Origin: Myxococcales bacterium | Lineage (GTDB): Bacteria; Desulfobacterota; Binatia; HRBIN30 | Length of the DNA stretch: 64,000 nt | NCBI GenBank assembly: GCA_037445065.1 | Contig: JBBILD010000009.1 | Coordinates: 1-64,000, forward strand | Reading direction: 5' to 3' | In this document: one piece after another, positions 38,177 through 47,225 of the stretch | Position numbering within the stretch: position 1 is the first letter of the stretch | How the letters are laid out: each line of letters opens with the position of its first letter | Notes under the pieces: generated by a model | Database searches by the model: none | What the model saw: the letters and a program-made list of their open reading frames with translations, nothing else | What the model was told of the DNA's origin: nothing | Made by a program: the position numbers and the translations under genes

Positions 38177-39572
38177 TCTCTCCTCCCCGCCAACCCTCAA
38201 CTTTCCGGCTGTCAGGTTCCACTCCGGTCCTGGAACCGAGGGCAACGCGAGCCACTGTGAGTGCGGCGTCGCACAACCAGCGGTCCAAACCCGTCAGCCA
38301 CCCAGTGACCCGCCGGAACGGCATCACCACGGCACGGTCGAGAAGTGTGTCGAGAAACCCGCGTTCCAGCGCAAACAGATACAGTCGGGAGCGCAGCCAC
38401 CCTGGAGCCAATCGCTCCAGATAACCTTGCTCCGGTACGAGACGGTTGCCAATCGCAGCCTCGATGCCGTGCAGGTCGTGCAGCACGTTCGGGGCGCTGA
38501 GAAATTGGAACAGACGGAAGCAGATGTGCCCCGCGAGGTGCGCAAAGGCCAGCGTAGAATAACCGGCAGCAATCTCGCAGATCACCAAACCCACTTGGGT
38601 GAGCGAGGCATAGGCCAACGAACTCTTCACATCGCTTTGTACGCGGGTGGTGACAGCCGCGTACAGGGCCGTGGCCGCGCCAAGAACCCCCGCCAAGACA
38701 CGCGCCGCCGGGGCCCGTTCCAACAGTGGCGCCGCGCGCAACAACAGAAAGCAGCCAGCATGAATAGAAAGCGCGCCATAATAAACGGCACTGGAAGGGG
38801 TCGGCCCCTCCATCGCCCGAGGCAGCCACCCCGAAAAGGGTAAAAGAGCGCTTTTCGCAGCAGCGGCAACGATGAGTAGAACGGCGATGGCGGTGGCGCC
38901 CATGGTTCCCAGACCAACGGGCGCCTCCGCGTGACCAGCGCCAAAGAGCAGCGAAAGGCTATCAGTACCTGCCAACGAATGAAGCAAAACTACTGCCGAC
39001 AGCATCGCGGCATCGCTGATGCGATAGACTGCAAATACGCGAAGCGCGTTATCGAGCGGCGCGGGACGCTCGTGGAAAAACCCTACTAAGAGCGCGGAAC
39101 TCAACCCAATCAGTTCCCAGCCCACGAACAATCCTTGCACGTTCCCCGCGAGCGCCACGAGAAAGATGCCCGTGGCAAACATCGCCAGCAAAACGAAATA
39201 GCGATGATACCCAGGCTCGCGGTGGAGGTAGCGGTGGGAAAACGCGGACACGATGCCGACGATCGCGGCCGATAAAGCCGCGAAACCCAGCGCCAACGGA
39301 TCCACCAGAAACTCTAGCGCGATACCGCCATGAGCAGCGGCGGACCATGTGCCGTAGGAGAGACGGATGGGGCCCCCACCCCTCGCCGCGCACGTGATCC
39401 CTGCGAGGGAAAAAGTAACGAGCGCCCACGTCATCGCCGCACCGGTGAGCGCCGCCGTCCACCGCTCCGGTAAACGGCGGTTCAACAGAGATGCGACCCC
39501 CAATATCGCAAACAAGATGGCCGGCGCCGCGACACCGCTGGCCACCAATCCCGCGAGGCTCCGAGCCGCCAT
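38163..39572 (-). CDS. dabB: DAB inorganic carbon transporter membrane subunit (NuoL-like)
   Basis: FSHRYLHREPG, GWELIGLSS, YRISD, KSALLPFSGWLPRAMEGPTPSSA, DVKSSLAY; TGATG coupling to dabA. Confidence 0.85.
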   Translation of the reverse strand: MAARSLAGLVASGVAAPAILFAILGVASLLNRRLPERWTAALTGAAMTWALVTFSLAGITCAARGGGPIRLSYGTWSAAAHGGIALEFLVDPLALGFAALSAAIVGIVSAFSHRYLHREPGYHRYFVLLAMFATGIFLVALAGNVQGLFVGWELIGLSSALLVGFFHERPAPLDNALRVFAVYRISDAAMLSAVVLLHSLAGTDSLSLLFGAGHAEAPVGLGTMGATAIAVLLIVAAAAKSALLPFSGWLPRAMEGPTPSSAVYYGALSIHAGCFLLLRAAPLLERAPAARVLAGVLGAATALYAAVTTRVQSDVKSSLAYASLTQVGLVICEIAAGYSTLAFAHLAGHICFRLFQFLSAPNVLHDLHGIEAAIGNRLVPEQGYLERLAPGWLRSRLYLFALERGFLDTLLDRAVVMPFRRVTGWLTGLDRWLCDAALTVARVALGSRTGVEPDSRKVEGWRGGENGDE

Positions 39573-42562
39573 CAGGACCCCGCTGTAACATGCATCCCGG
39601 ACTGCTCGGCCGTTGCCCTTGATCCCGGGCCAAGCGCGACCGGTGGCAAAAACCCCCTTTTCCCCTCGTACCAACGCATCGAGTCCCCCGTGACCACAGG
39701 TAGACCCTGTTGAGGCACATGGCGGACGAACCCTCTCTCCGTCCATTCCCACAATGCCCCGGAGTCGAGATCGAGCGCTGCCAGCCACACCCAGCGATTT
39801 CGAACGAGTCGTTCGACAGCGGGATTGGCGCGCACGGCTTGCAACACTCGGTCGGGCTGCGCCTCCACGACGATCACCAGTCGCACTGGCTCGTGAATTT
39901 CCACCATTTGCCAGGGTAGCCCGCTGCGCAAATCGCTTTGCGCTCCATCCATCACACCGAGAAGCGCGGTGACGTTGTGCGGGAGCTTGGTTCCGCAACC
40001 GTACCCGGTGGGGTCAACGTAGCTGAAGTAATACTCGAGGCTGATGCCAGCCGCGACTGGCACAACTGCGGAAATGACGCGGGCCAGAATCGAGCCGTCG
40101 GGATCACTCTCTGGATCGTAGGACGCCAGAAACGCGCGGCGGTCCAAAAACAAGCCCCGCGTGCGCGCCCGCCGCCCGATGACGCAAAGAGCGTTCGTGG
40201 CGTGCCCATACTCCGGCCGCGGCTGCGCCAGATCAGCGGCGCGCCCCTCGACGTGAGCCAGTGCGGCCGTTGGCGGGTACCAGAGCGGGACCGCATCGAA
40301 ACGCCGGCAACGTTCGTGCGCCTCACGCCGCCGGACCACCTCGATGGCCGCCTTGGCCCGCTCGAATAATGCCCTTCGCTCAGGGGGAACGAGATTCTCG
40401 TCGAAGAAGGTCACGCTGTTACTGGCAGTGTTCCGCTCTGCCCCTACGAACCAGGTGCCCGGGGGGATCTTCAGTCCCTCGGCTGCCAGCAACTCCCGCA
40501 CGCGCGTGTCGTTGGCCATCTGCGCGAAGGCGCGGGCGTTCGCCCCACCTCGCCCGCCACCGCAAGCTCCACAGTCATGGGCCGACTCGTGGGGGTTGTT
40601 CAAACTAACCGAGCCATGACCCACGACGAGGACAAGCGGAGCGAGACGATCCCTGAGGCCGGTGTCTTCGAGTACCCGGCGGACAATCCGTGCCATTTCA
40701 GGTACCGTGAAGCCAGAGTACTTGCCGATCGGCGGAACTTCAGGCGAGCGCTCAAGCTGCAGCCGGGTCTGCGCGGGCCGGAAGGACGCCTCTTGGGCGC
40801 GCCTCCAGCGAAACGACAACCAGGGGAAGACGACGCGAAACACAAGCGGAATCAGCGCAAGCCATCCGAACAGCGTGGTGAGCAGCGCCCCGCGTACAGG
40901 CAGGCGACTGCCAAGATAAATGTTGTGGCCCAGGAACCCAACGGCGCGCTGCCGCAAGCGCCACCCATTGCGGCCTGGATCGTGGTGGCCCGTTTCCACT
41001 TCGGCAACGTAGTGCTCGGGGCGGATGGCCACCGGGCAAAGGGGCCTCGGATGCGCGTCGGACACACCCTCGTAATACATCGCGACGTGGAAAAAGCCCG
41101 GTGTCCCAAACGTCTCGCACAACGGCTCGACTTCTTCGAGATGGCGGCGGAACGACTCCTCTCTCTCGTCGATACAAAACACCGCCTGAAACACCGGCCG
41201 CGTCGGAGCGCGCTCCGGCACGTGTTGGCTGATCGCGTCATAAAACCGGCTGCGGATTGCCCGTTCGAACGCTTGGTGCAAAATCCGCCGCGGCAATCGT
41301 TCTCCGATTGCTTCTAACTCCGCTTCGAGTTGGCGAACCTGATCAGGGGTCCAGGCTGCTACGATGGAAGCGTCCCAACCGCACAGTTGGGCCAGATGAA
41401 AGAGCCGCCACGCTCGCTCTGCCACAGCAGGCGGAGACAAAGGGCGAAGCTGCTGCGCAAGCCATGGTCGCAGTTCTGCCAGTGAGCCAGCAAATGCGAC
41501 TCGACGCGCCGCCTCCTCGAGCGCCGCCCGCTCGAAGAGCAGGCGCACAGCCAGATACCCAGTGAGGCTGACCTTGAGCTCCCGAACCGGAACGCGGTCT
41601 GGACGCTCCTCGATTTGGCGAACGATCCCGGCCCAACCGCGCAGAGCGAGAAGCTCCGCGCTCAAGTAATCGGCCCATTCCGACTCGCCTACCCCTAGGA
41701 CCTGCAACGAGTTTGCGAGGGAACTCCACTCGTTCCGGCCGTGCAGGCGATCCTCTTCCACGATACACGGCAACGCACGTGCCCAAGATCCACACCAAGC
41801 CGCGAGCCGTGTTCCGTAGAGTTCGAGGAAACAACCGTGGATGCCCAACTCGCGGCCCGGCATCGGCCAGTGGGCAAGGCCCTGATCGAGATAGCCGGCT
41901 AGGAAGCGGATCAAGGGTGGGTGAATCCAGGCATCTGGGTCAAGCCCGAACACGGCACGCAACCAGTCCGCATGCCGAACCCAAGTGGGAGAGAGACACG
42001 CCCCAGTCTCAGCCGCCCGCTGGACTGCACCGATGCAGCCTGTCCACAAGCTCTTGACCGCTTCCCGTTCTGCGGCCAGCTCTGGCCCCAGCACATCCTC
42101 TCCAGCAAACAACGCGCTGAGCGGTGCACCTTTCCGAAAACGCGCCAACGCCTGGGTTTCCTCGAGCATCCAGCCGAGTTCCCGTCCCGCGGCCGCGGGA
42201 ATGCCATGCAAGATCACGGCCCGCCAGAGTTCGAAACGCGAAATCAGTCCCGCCACCTCTTGCTCAGCGCAAGCGCCAAGATGCTCACGGAGCACCAGCT
42301 CGACATCGCGCGCGTACATGCGCCCTGAGGCCAGCTTTGCCCGCAGCCGCCGTTCGGATAAGTACGGCTCGCGCCCGAGTTGCCCCGCCGCTGTTTCCAC
42401 CGCCTGCTCGAACGGCAGGTGTTCGAACGCGTGAAGCGGGTTGTGGTGAATGAAAATGCTGATCGGACCCTGAGCCGGCAACAGGTGCGCGAGTCGCTCG
42501 ATCAAGCTGGCTAAGGTGCAAAGGGCGGAGGAGGCGTCCGACGAACTGGTTTGCAGGTGCAT
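39572..42562 (-). CDS. dabA: DAB inorganic carbon transporter catalytic subunit (DUF2309, beta-carbonic-anhydrase-like)
   Basis: LPAQGPI..FIHHNPL; candidate Zn ligands in FCIDERE, GHGS and DCGACGG; RPEYGH, LFLDRRAFL.SYDP, ISLEYYFS, EIHEP.RL. Confidence 0.9.
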   Translation of the reverse strand: MHLQTSSSDASSALCTLASLIERLAHLLPAQGPISIFIHHNPLHAFEHLPFEQAVETAAGQLGREPYLSERRLRAKLASGRMYARDVELVLREHLGACAEQEVAGLISRFELWRAVILHGIPAAAGRELGWMLEETQALARFRKGAPLSALFAGEDVLGPELAAEREAVKSLWTGCIGAVQRAAETGACLSPTWVRHADWLRAVFGLDPDAWIHPPLIRFLAGYLDQGLAHWPMPGRELGIHGCFLELYGTRLAAWCGSWARALPCIVEEDRLHGRNEWSSLANSLQVLGVGESEWADYLSAELLALRGWAGIVRQIEERPDRVPVRELKVSLTGYLAVRLLFERAALEEAARRVAFAGSLAELRPWLAQQLRPLSPPAVAERAWRLFHLAQLCGWDASIVAAWTPDQVRQLEAELEAIGERLPRRILHQAFERAIRSRFYDAISQHVPERAPTRPVFQAVFCIDEREESFRRHLEEVEPLCETFGTPGFFHVAMYYEGVSDAHPRPLCPVAIRPEHYVAEVETGHHDPGRNGWRLRQRAVGFLGHNIYLGSRLPVRGALLTTLFGWLALIPLVFRVVFPWLSFRWRRAQEASFRPAQTRLQLERSPEVPPIGKYSGFTVPEMARIVRRVLEDTGLRDRLAPLVLVVGHGSVSLNNPHESAHDCGACGGGRGGANARAFAQMANDTRVRELLAAEGLKIPPGTWFVGAERNTASNSVTFFDENLVPPERRALFERAKAAIEVVRRREAHERCRRFDAVPLWYPPTAALAHVEGRAADLAQPRPEYGHATNALCVIGRRARTRGLFLDRRAFLASYDPESDPDGSILARVISAVVPVAAGISLEYYFSYVDPTGYGCGTKLPHNVTALLGVMDGAQSDLRSGLPWQMVEIHEPVRLVIVVEAQPDRVLQAVRANPAVERLVRNRWVWLAALDLDSGALWEWTERGFVRHVPQQGLPVVTGDSMRWYEGKRGFLPPVALGPGSRATAEQSGMHVTAGS

Positions 42563-42587
42563 GCGAAGCGTTGCTTTAGATAGGGAT

Positions 42588-42607
42588 ATTGAGATATTCT
42601 TGTCAAT
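42588..42607. promoter_or_regulatory. Candidate ArsR operator in the 47-bp divergent spacer
   Basis: AT-rich imperfect palindrome ATTGA-GATATTCTTG-TCAAT between the dabA and arsR starts. Confidence 0.45.
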
Positions 42608-42609
42608 GG

Positions 42610-42996
42610 ATGCCACAAAAAAACCAACACCGCGCCGGCGGCTCCCCACGCCCCAACGAGCTGCAAGAGTTCAAGGCGCGCTTCTTTCGCGCTCTCGCGC
42701 ATCCAGTGCGGATCCAGATCTTGGAAATCCTGGGGCGCGGCAGCCGCGCGGTGCAGGAACTGCAAGACGAACTGCAACTCGAACAGCCGATCGTCTCCCA
42801 ACAGCTTGCCGTCCTGCGGGCTCACGACATCGTCTGGGCGCAGAAACAGGGCGCCTCCGTGCGCTACGCGCTTCGCGACCCGCTTGTCCGTGACCTGCTG
42901 GCAGTGGCACGGGAGATCTTTAGGAACCGCCTGGATCGAACTCGCGGGCTACTCGAAGAGCTACACCGGCAACAGCGGCGAGGCGGGCGCCGTTAA
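42610..42996 (+). CDS. ArsR/SmtB-family transcriptional regulator
   Basis: FKARFFRALAHPVRIQILE, VSQQLAVLR, VRYAL.D. Confidence 0.9.
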   Translation: MPQKNQHRAGGSPRPNELQEFKARFFRALAHPVRIQILEILGRGSRAVQELQDELQLEQPIVSQQLAVLRAHDIVWAQKQGASVRYALRDPLVRDLLAVAREIFRNRLDRTRGLLEELHRQQRRGGRR

Positions 42997-43559
42997 GCGC
43001 CCCGGCGGGCGTTGAGTTCGCGTGCCGCGCGTGCTTTGGGGGACGTCCCCCCAACAGGAGGCATCGCTTCGCTGTACCTTTGGCCCGCCCACGCTCCCGC
43101 GCAGCAAACGAACTCGTACTCGAAGCTGATCCCCTTGGACCCGGGGGCCTCCCAGCAGAAAGCGGATTCGGGCCAGGCCCGACACGTTTCGCCGGCGCAA
43201 ACACCATGCCCAGCCGCGACCGCCGCTCTTCCAAACAATCCCCCAGCTTGAACTCTCGGTGCGGGCACGGAGAAAGCACCGGATCCTGAGACGGCCTCTC
43301 GCCTCCGCCGGAGCCGAAGCGGCGACACCGCAAGAGCGGGCCCTGCACGCTGCGCAGGGAGCGTGGACTTCGCGCAATCCTTCCCGCGGCACGCGGCTCT
43401 TGGCATGGACCTCGCACGACCCAGTTGCGGCAACGATTGCCACCACCCAGCGAGAATCGAGGCGGAGCTTCGTAATCGCACCGAGCACACACAAAATTGC
43501 AGGCTGCGTTGCACCGCTTCCGCGTGTTCGAGCCGGAGCCGCGCGCGCAGGCCGTGCGC

Positions 43560-43997
43560 TCAAGGAAGGTGGAACTGCTTCCAGCGGCGTTCTTCCTCGT
43601 CCGCGGCAACGTCTTCCACGTGCGTGGCAATCCACCAGACATTCCCACACAGGTCCCGAACGCCTCCGTATCGCTCGCCCGAAGGGAAGGTCATGATCGG
43701 GAACACCGACTCGCCACCGGCGGCAAGTGCCCGCTCGTACACGGCGTCGCAGTCCGGAACGTACAGGTACAAGGATGCAGGCATGGCGGGAAAACGGTCG
43801 CTCGCCTTGCCCAACATCAGCATCGAGTCGCCGAGCCGCAGTTCGGCGTGCATGATTCCTCCATTCGCTCGCTTCTTCACGAACCTCAGCTCTGCGCCAA
43901 AAGCGACTTCGAGAAACTGGATCAATCGCGCAGCGCCGTGCACGAGCAAGTACGGCGTCACGGTGTGGAAACCATCGCGAATCGGTTGCACTTGCAC
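43560..43997 (-). CDS. VOC/glyoxalase (PhnB-like) protein
   Basis: GFHTVTPYL, MHAELRLGDS, LYLYVPDCDA, GERYGGVRD..GNVWWIATH; AAAGGAG RBS nearby. Confidence 0.88.
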   Translation of the reverse strand: MQVQPIRDGFHTVTPYLLVHGAARLIQFLEVAFGAELRFVKKRANGGIMHAELRLGDSMLMLGKASDRFPAMPASLYLYVPDCDAVYERALAAGGESVFPIMTFPSGERYGGVRDLCGNVWWIATHVEDVAADEEERRWKQFHLP

Positions 43998-44597
43998 ATT
44001 ACGCTCCTTTCTACCGGAACACCTCTGCCCGGCCCTTCGCCGCCTCGCCTATCACTGGTGGAAGACTGCCTGCAAATCGAGCCGCGCCATCGGAGCTGAC
44101 CATCTTGGAAGTACGGCATCCTGCCGAACTGAGCATTCTTGCCACGCCGGCTGGATGCGAGTTGAGAGGTCGGCTCGATCCAAGTTCGAATGTCGGCTGC
44201 ATGCACGTCGGGCCGCGCCCGGGCCGCCCGCAGGAAAACCCGTTTGCCAGTTTCGAAGCAGCACCCGCGACCACATCCCAGTGCGGCAATGCATGCGCAC
44301 TTCGCAAGCCGACACCATCAGGCCGATGCGCGGGCAAAGGCTCCAGCCGGGTTCCCCTTCAGTGGAAGTTCAATTGCCCCGTTGATGGCATGGCGTACCG
44401 GCAAGTTCGTGATACTGTGACCTTTCAGGCTCGTGCGTCTGTGAATAGTCCACTGCCACGATGATCATTCCAAAAGCGGGGGTCACGCTCACCTCCACAG
44501 TGCGCGCGCCGAATTGCCGCTTGGCGGATCGAGGCTGCTTCTCGACCTGCTGCTTCACCCAACCCTCCGCGCCCGGGGCCACATTCCCAACGAAACG

Positions 44598-44959
44598 GAG
44601 CATGACCGCAACCGCTTCGTGCCGATTCAGCGCCGTTCGCCCCGTGCCGCCGCTCTCCGTGTAGGTGGCGAGAGCGGCCTTCCGCTCGTGAGCGAGGCCC
44701 ACGTAGTCCACGACCAGCCCGCCAGGCTTGTCGCGAAAGACACGATTCGCGCGCAATCGCCCGCATCAGGCCGTAGCCATGCATGATCTTGTCTACGTAG
44801 ATCGTGTGCAAGCTCGGGCAGTCGAACCCAGTGAGCCAAATGTCGCGCACGATGACCAGTCGCAGCGTATCGTTCGGGTTCCGGAAGCATTTGGCCAGCC
44901 CCTCGCGCCTGTCCTGTTTCTGACGTGCGGCTGCCAGTCCACCGGGTCAGCGGCGGAGC
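44598..44959 (-). pseudogene. hsdR: Internal fragment of Type I restriction subunit HsdR (frameshifted)
   Basis: Across frames: SAADPVDWQPHVRN / FRNPNDTLRLVIVRDIWLTGFDCPSLHTIYVDK.MHG.GLM.AIAR / [18 protein letters not shown]. Confidence 0.8.
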
Positions 44960-45258
44960 AGGGACCACCGGCCGCTCGCCCCGCGCTACGATCCACACGA
45001 TGCCGTGAATGTGATTCGGCATTACCACGAATTCATCATCGAACAGTTCATTTTCCTGTCGGATGTCTGCCGACCGGAACCCTTCCTCGCGTGCGCTGAC
45101 ACCCCACGCGTTCAATCGCATCTCTCCATCCACCACATGGCGGAAGAGGCATGCGTGGTTTTGCGTCCAGAGGGTCACGAAATACCCCCTGCCAGGGCGC
45201 AATCGCACCCCTTCAGGCGAAGTGATTGGCGGTGATGGAAGTGGGGGTGGTGAGTCAT
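44960..45258 (-). mobile_element. Truncated REP-associated tyrosine transposase (RAYT, Y1 HUH) pseudogene
   Basis: HHRQSLRLKG, frameshift, YFVTL.TQ...LF..VVDGEMRLN.WG, FVVMPNHIHGIVWI; ends in a degenerate GTAG palindrome. Confidence 0.8.
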
Positions 45259-45291
45259 AGCTGGGGCTCTCCCTAAACCCGCTCCGCATCC

Positions 45292-46529
45292 CTACATCCG
45301 CAGCTCACCGGAAATCGAGTTGGGCAGCAGCGCGTCCCGCAAGGCGGCGACGGCGGGATTCATGGTCGGCCTGCGCAATCCTCTGCAGAACAGGACCGCG
45401 AAAGTGACAAACACGCAAGAGCAGATTACCCTCGGCTCGTACGATCTTCATCGCCGCCACGACCTCCGACCGAACTGCGGGATAGGCGGCGCCGTCGGCC
45501 AAATGAGTGAGACCCTGAGTGAGACCCTGAATGTTGTCCATCGCCGTGGCGGCGAGATAAAGCAACTCGGCGAGCTCCGGCGTTGGCAGCCGAAGGACCG
45601 CAAAGGCAGTGCTGTCTGTAAGCCCAGATTCGGACATGAAAGCGTAGGAGCCGTTTCCTGGACGTACGGTACCAACGATCGAGTCTCGCGGGCGTAGGGC
45701 CCGCTGAGCGCGGCTAGGCGCTTCGGATTCCGTATATGTGGTGATCGCGTCGGTTCGCCGCCATTTCGTGCTCGAGAGGTAGGCATAATCAAGTTCGGCA
45801 GCGCGTGTTTCCTTTGTCCACACCTTGGCACCAAGAGTTGAAACGTCCGCGAGCGTTCCCACCTCCCACCCCTCCGGGATCTCGCCGAGTTCCGACTGCA
45901 CCAAGCGGTCGGGGAAGAGGTCGTAGAGGTGCGCGGGAAGCCAAAAGCCCCTCTCCCCCTGGGAGAGGGGAGTGTGGGCGCCAGCGGCCCTCCATCTTCG
46001 CGCGGACAGGCTCGAAGTCTACGAACCATGACTTGAACAGCGCCCGCGCCATCTGCTCCAGCGTCTCGCTCATGCGGCGGTTCAGCTCGATCTTGTCGTC
46101 CAGCGTGCCGAGGATGTGCGCGATGGCGCGCTGTTCGGAGAGGGGAGGAAGCCGAACAGTCTGCGCCTCAAGCGTTTGGTTGCTAATATATGGTTGGCCG
46201 CTTCCTTCTCGGATTCGCGCAAAGTCAAAGTTCCGCATCCAGTAGAAAAGAAAACGCGTGTAGCAGCCTGCCCTGCCTCGGATACCGGCGGCGTTGTTGT
46301 TGATCCAGCAAGGCCCTGCTGAATACATAGCCGCGCCACAGTTGGAGCCGATCCGCGCGAAGGCGATGATTGGGGCATCATAAAGCGGCACGGGAGATTT
46401 CCCCATCACTGAGTTCGAGCCAAAAATGAGGTACGGACCAGTGGGATCGTATTGTTCAGCGGGGATATATTTGCCCGGCAGGATTTCAGCGACCTCGCCA
46501 AAACGCACTGTGCGCCACTCACCCGCCAT
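45292..46529 (-). pseudogene. hsdS: Type I specificity subunit HsdS with frameshifts
   Basis: [33 protein letters not shown]; +1 shift near 45950 to [25 protein letters not shown]; a second shift before [14 protein letters not shown]. Confidence 0.85.
45948..45970. repeat. Palindromic element CCCCTCTCCC-N3-GGGAGAGGGG inside hsdS
   Basis: Perfect 10-bp stem with a 3-nt loop. Confidence 0.8.
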
Positions 46530-46547
46530 AGCCCAGCCCTTTCCGCT

Positions 46548-47225
46548 TCATCCAACCAGCCCACGTAACAAGCCGGCTATCCGTTGAACCAGATCTGCGC
46601 ATCCACCGATGGTCGCAGCAGCCTTCACGCCCTCCCATGCCGCAGAGATGATCCCTCGATTGGGCTCTGGCTTTGCGAGCTGCGTCTCAATAGTGTCAAT
46701 GTCCGCAACAATGCTCAATTTCTCGTGTTCTGGTGCAGCGGAACTTGTAACCGCTGTACGGAGTTCGGCGAGAGCCTGTCCTAGGTCCGTGTACTGTGCA
46801 TTGATCTGGTTGCCGTCACCAAGCGTGATGATGTTCTGGCCGGTCGCATTGATGTTGATCCCGTGAAACTTTGGCATAGTGAAGTCGCCGGGTCCTTCGA
46901 TTTTGTCTATGCCTGCCGCTGTGATCCTGTAGTAGCTGGTCGCCGAGGGAATAATCGTACCGCCGGGTGCCGTGACCGATTTCTCTATCCTTTCCTCCTC
47001 CACCCAACCTTGGCTGAGGAGATAGGTAAGGTTGCTTTGCACTTCCTGCTGGGTTAGGCCGTGCATCGCTTTGAGCTCTTTCTTCACGTCACTGATCTTG
47101 ACTGCCGAACCCTTCTTGCCCCGAACGCTCGTCGCGTTCTTGTTCCGGTCATAGAAGTACCGAAGCATGACGCGGCGGATCTCGTTGTTCGATGGGCGCT
47201 GCTGACTCGCCTTCGCTTTAGGCAT
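46548..47225 (-). CDS. Hypothetical protein between hsdM and hsdS (winged-helix-like N-terminus, helical C-terminus)
   Basis: Intact 225-aa ORF overlapping the hsdM stop by 8 nt; [11 protein letters not shown]...[12 protein letters not shown]; visibly lower GC. Confidence 0.75.
   Translation of the reverse strand: MPKAKASQQRPSNNEIRRVMLRYFYDRNKNATSVRGKKGSAVKISDVKKELKAMHGLTQQEVQSNLTYLLSQGWVEEERIEKSVTAPGGTIIPSATSYYRITAAGIDKIEGPGDFTMPKFHGININATGQNIITLGDGNQINAQYTDLGQALAELRTAVTSSAAPEHEKLSIVADIDTIETQLAKPEPNRGIISAAWEGVKAAATIGGCADLVQRIAGLLRGLVG

Noticed and set aside
36734..39572. Respiratory complex I nuoL/nuoM
   Set aside because: No other nuo genes are present and both are coupled to DUF2309, which fits DAB.
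42997..44400. Several overlapping ORFs around the VOC gene
   Set aside because: No recognisable motifs or RBS; probably degraded DNA.
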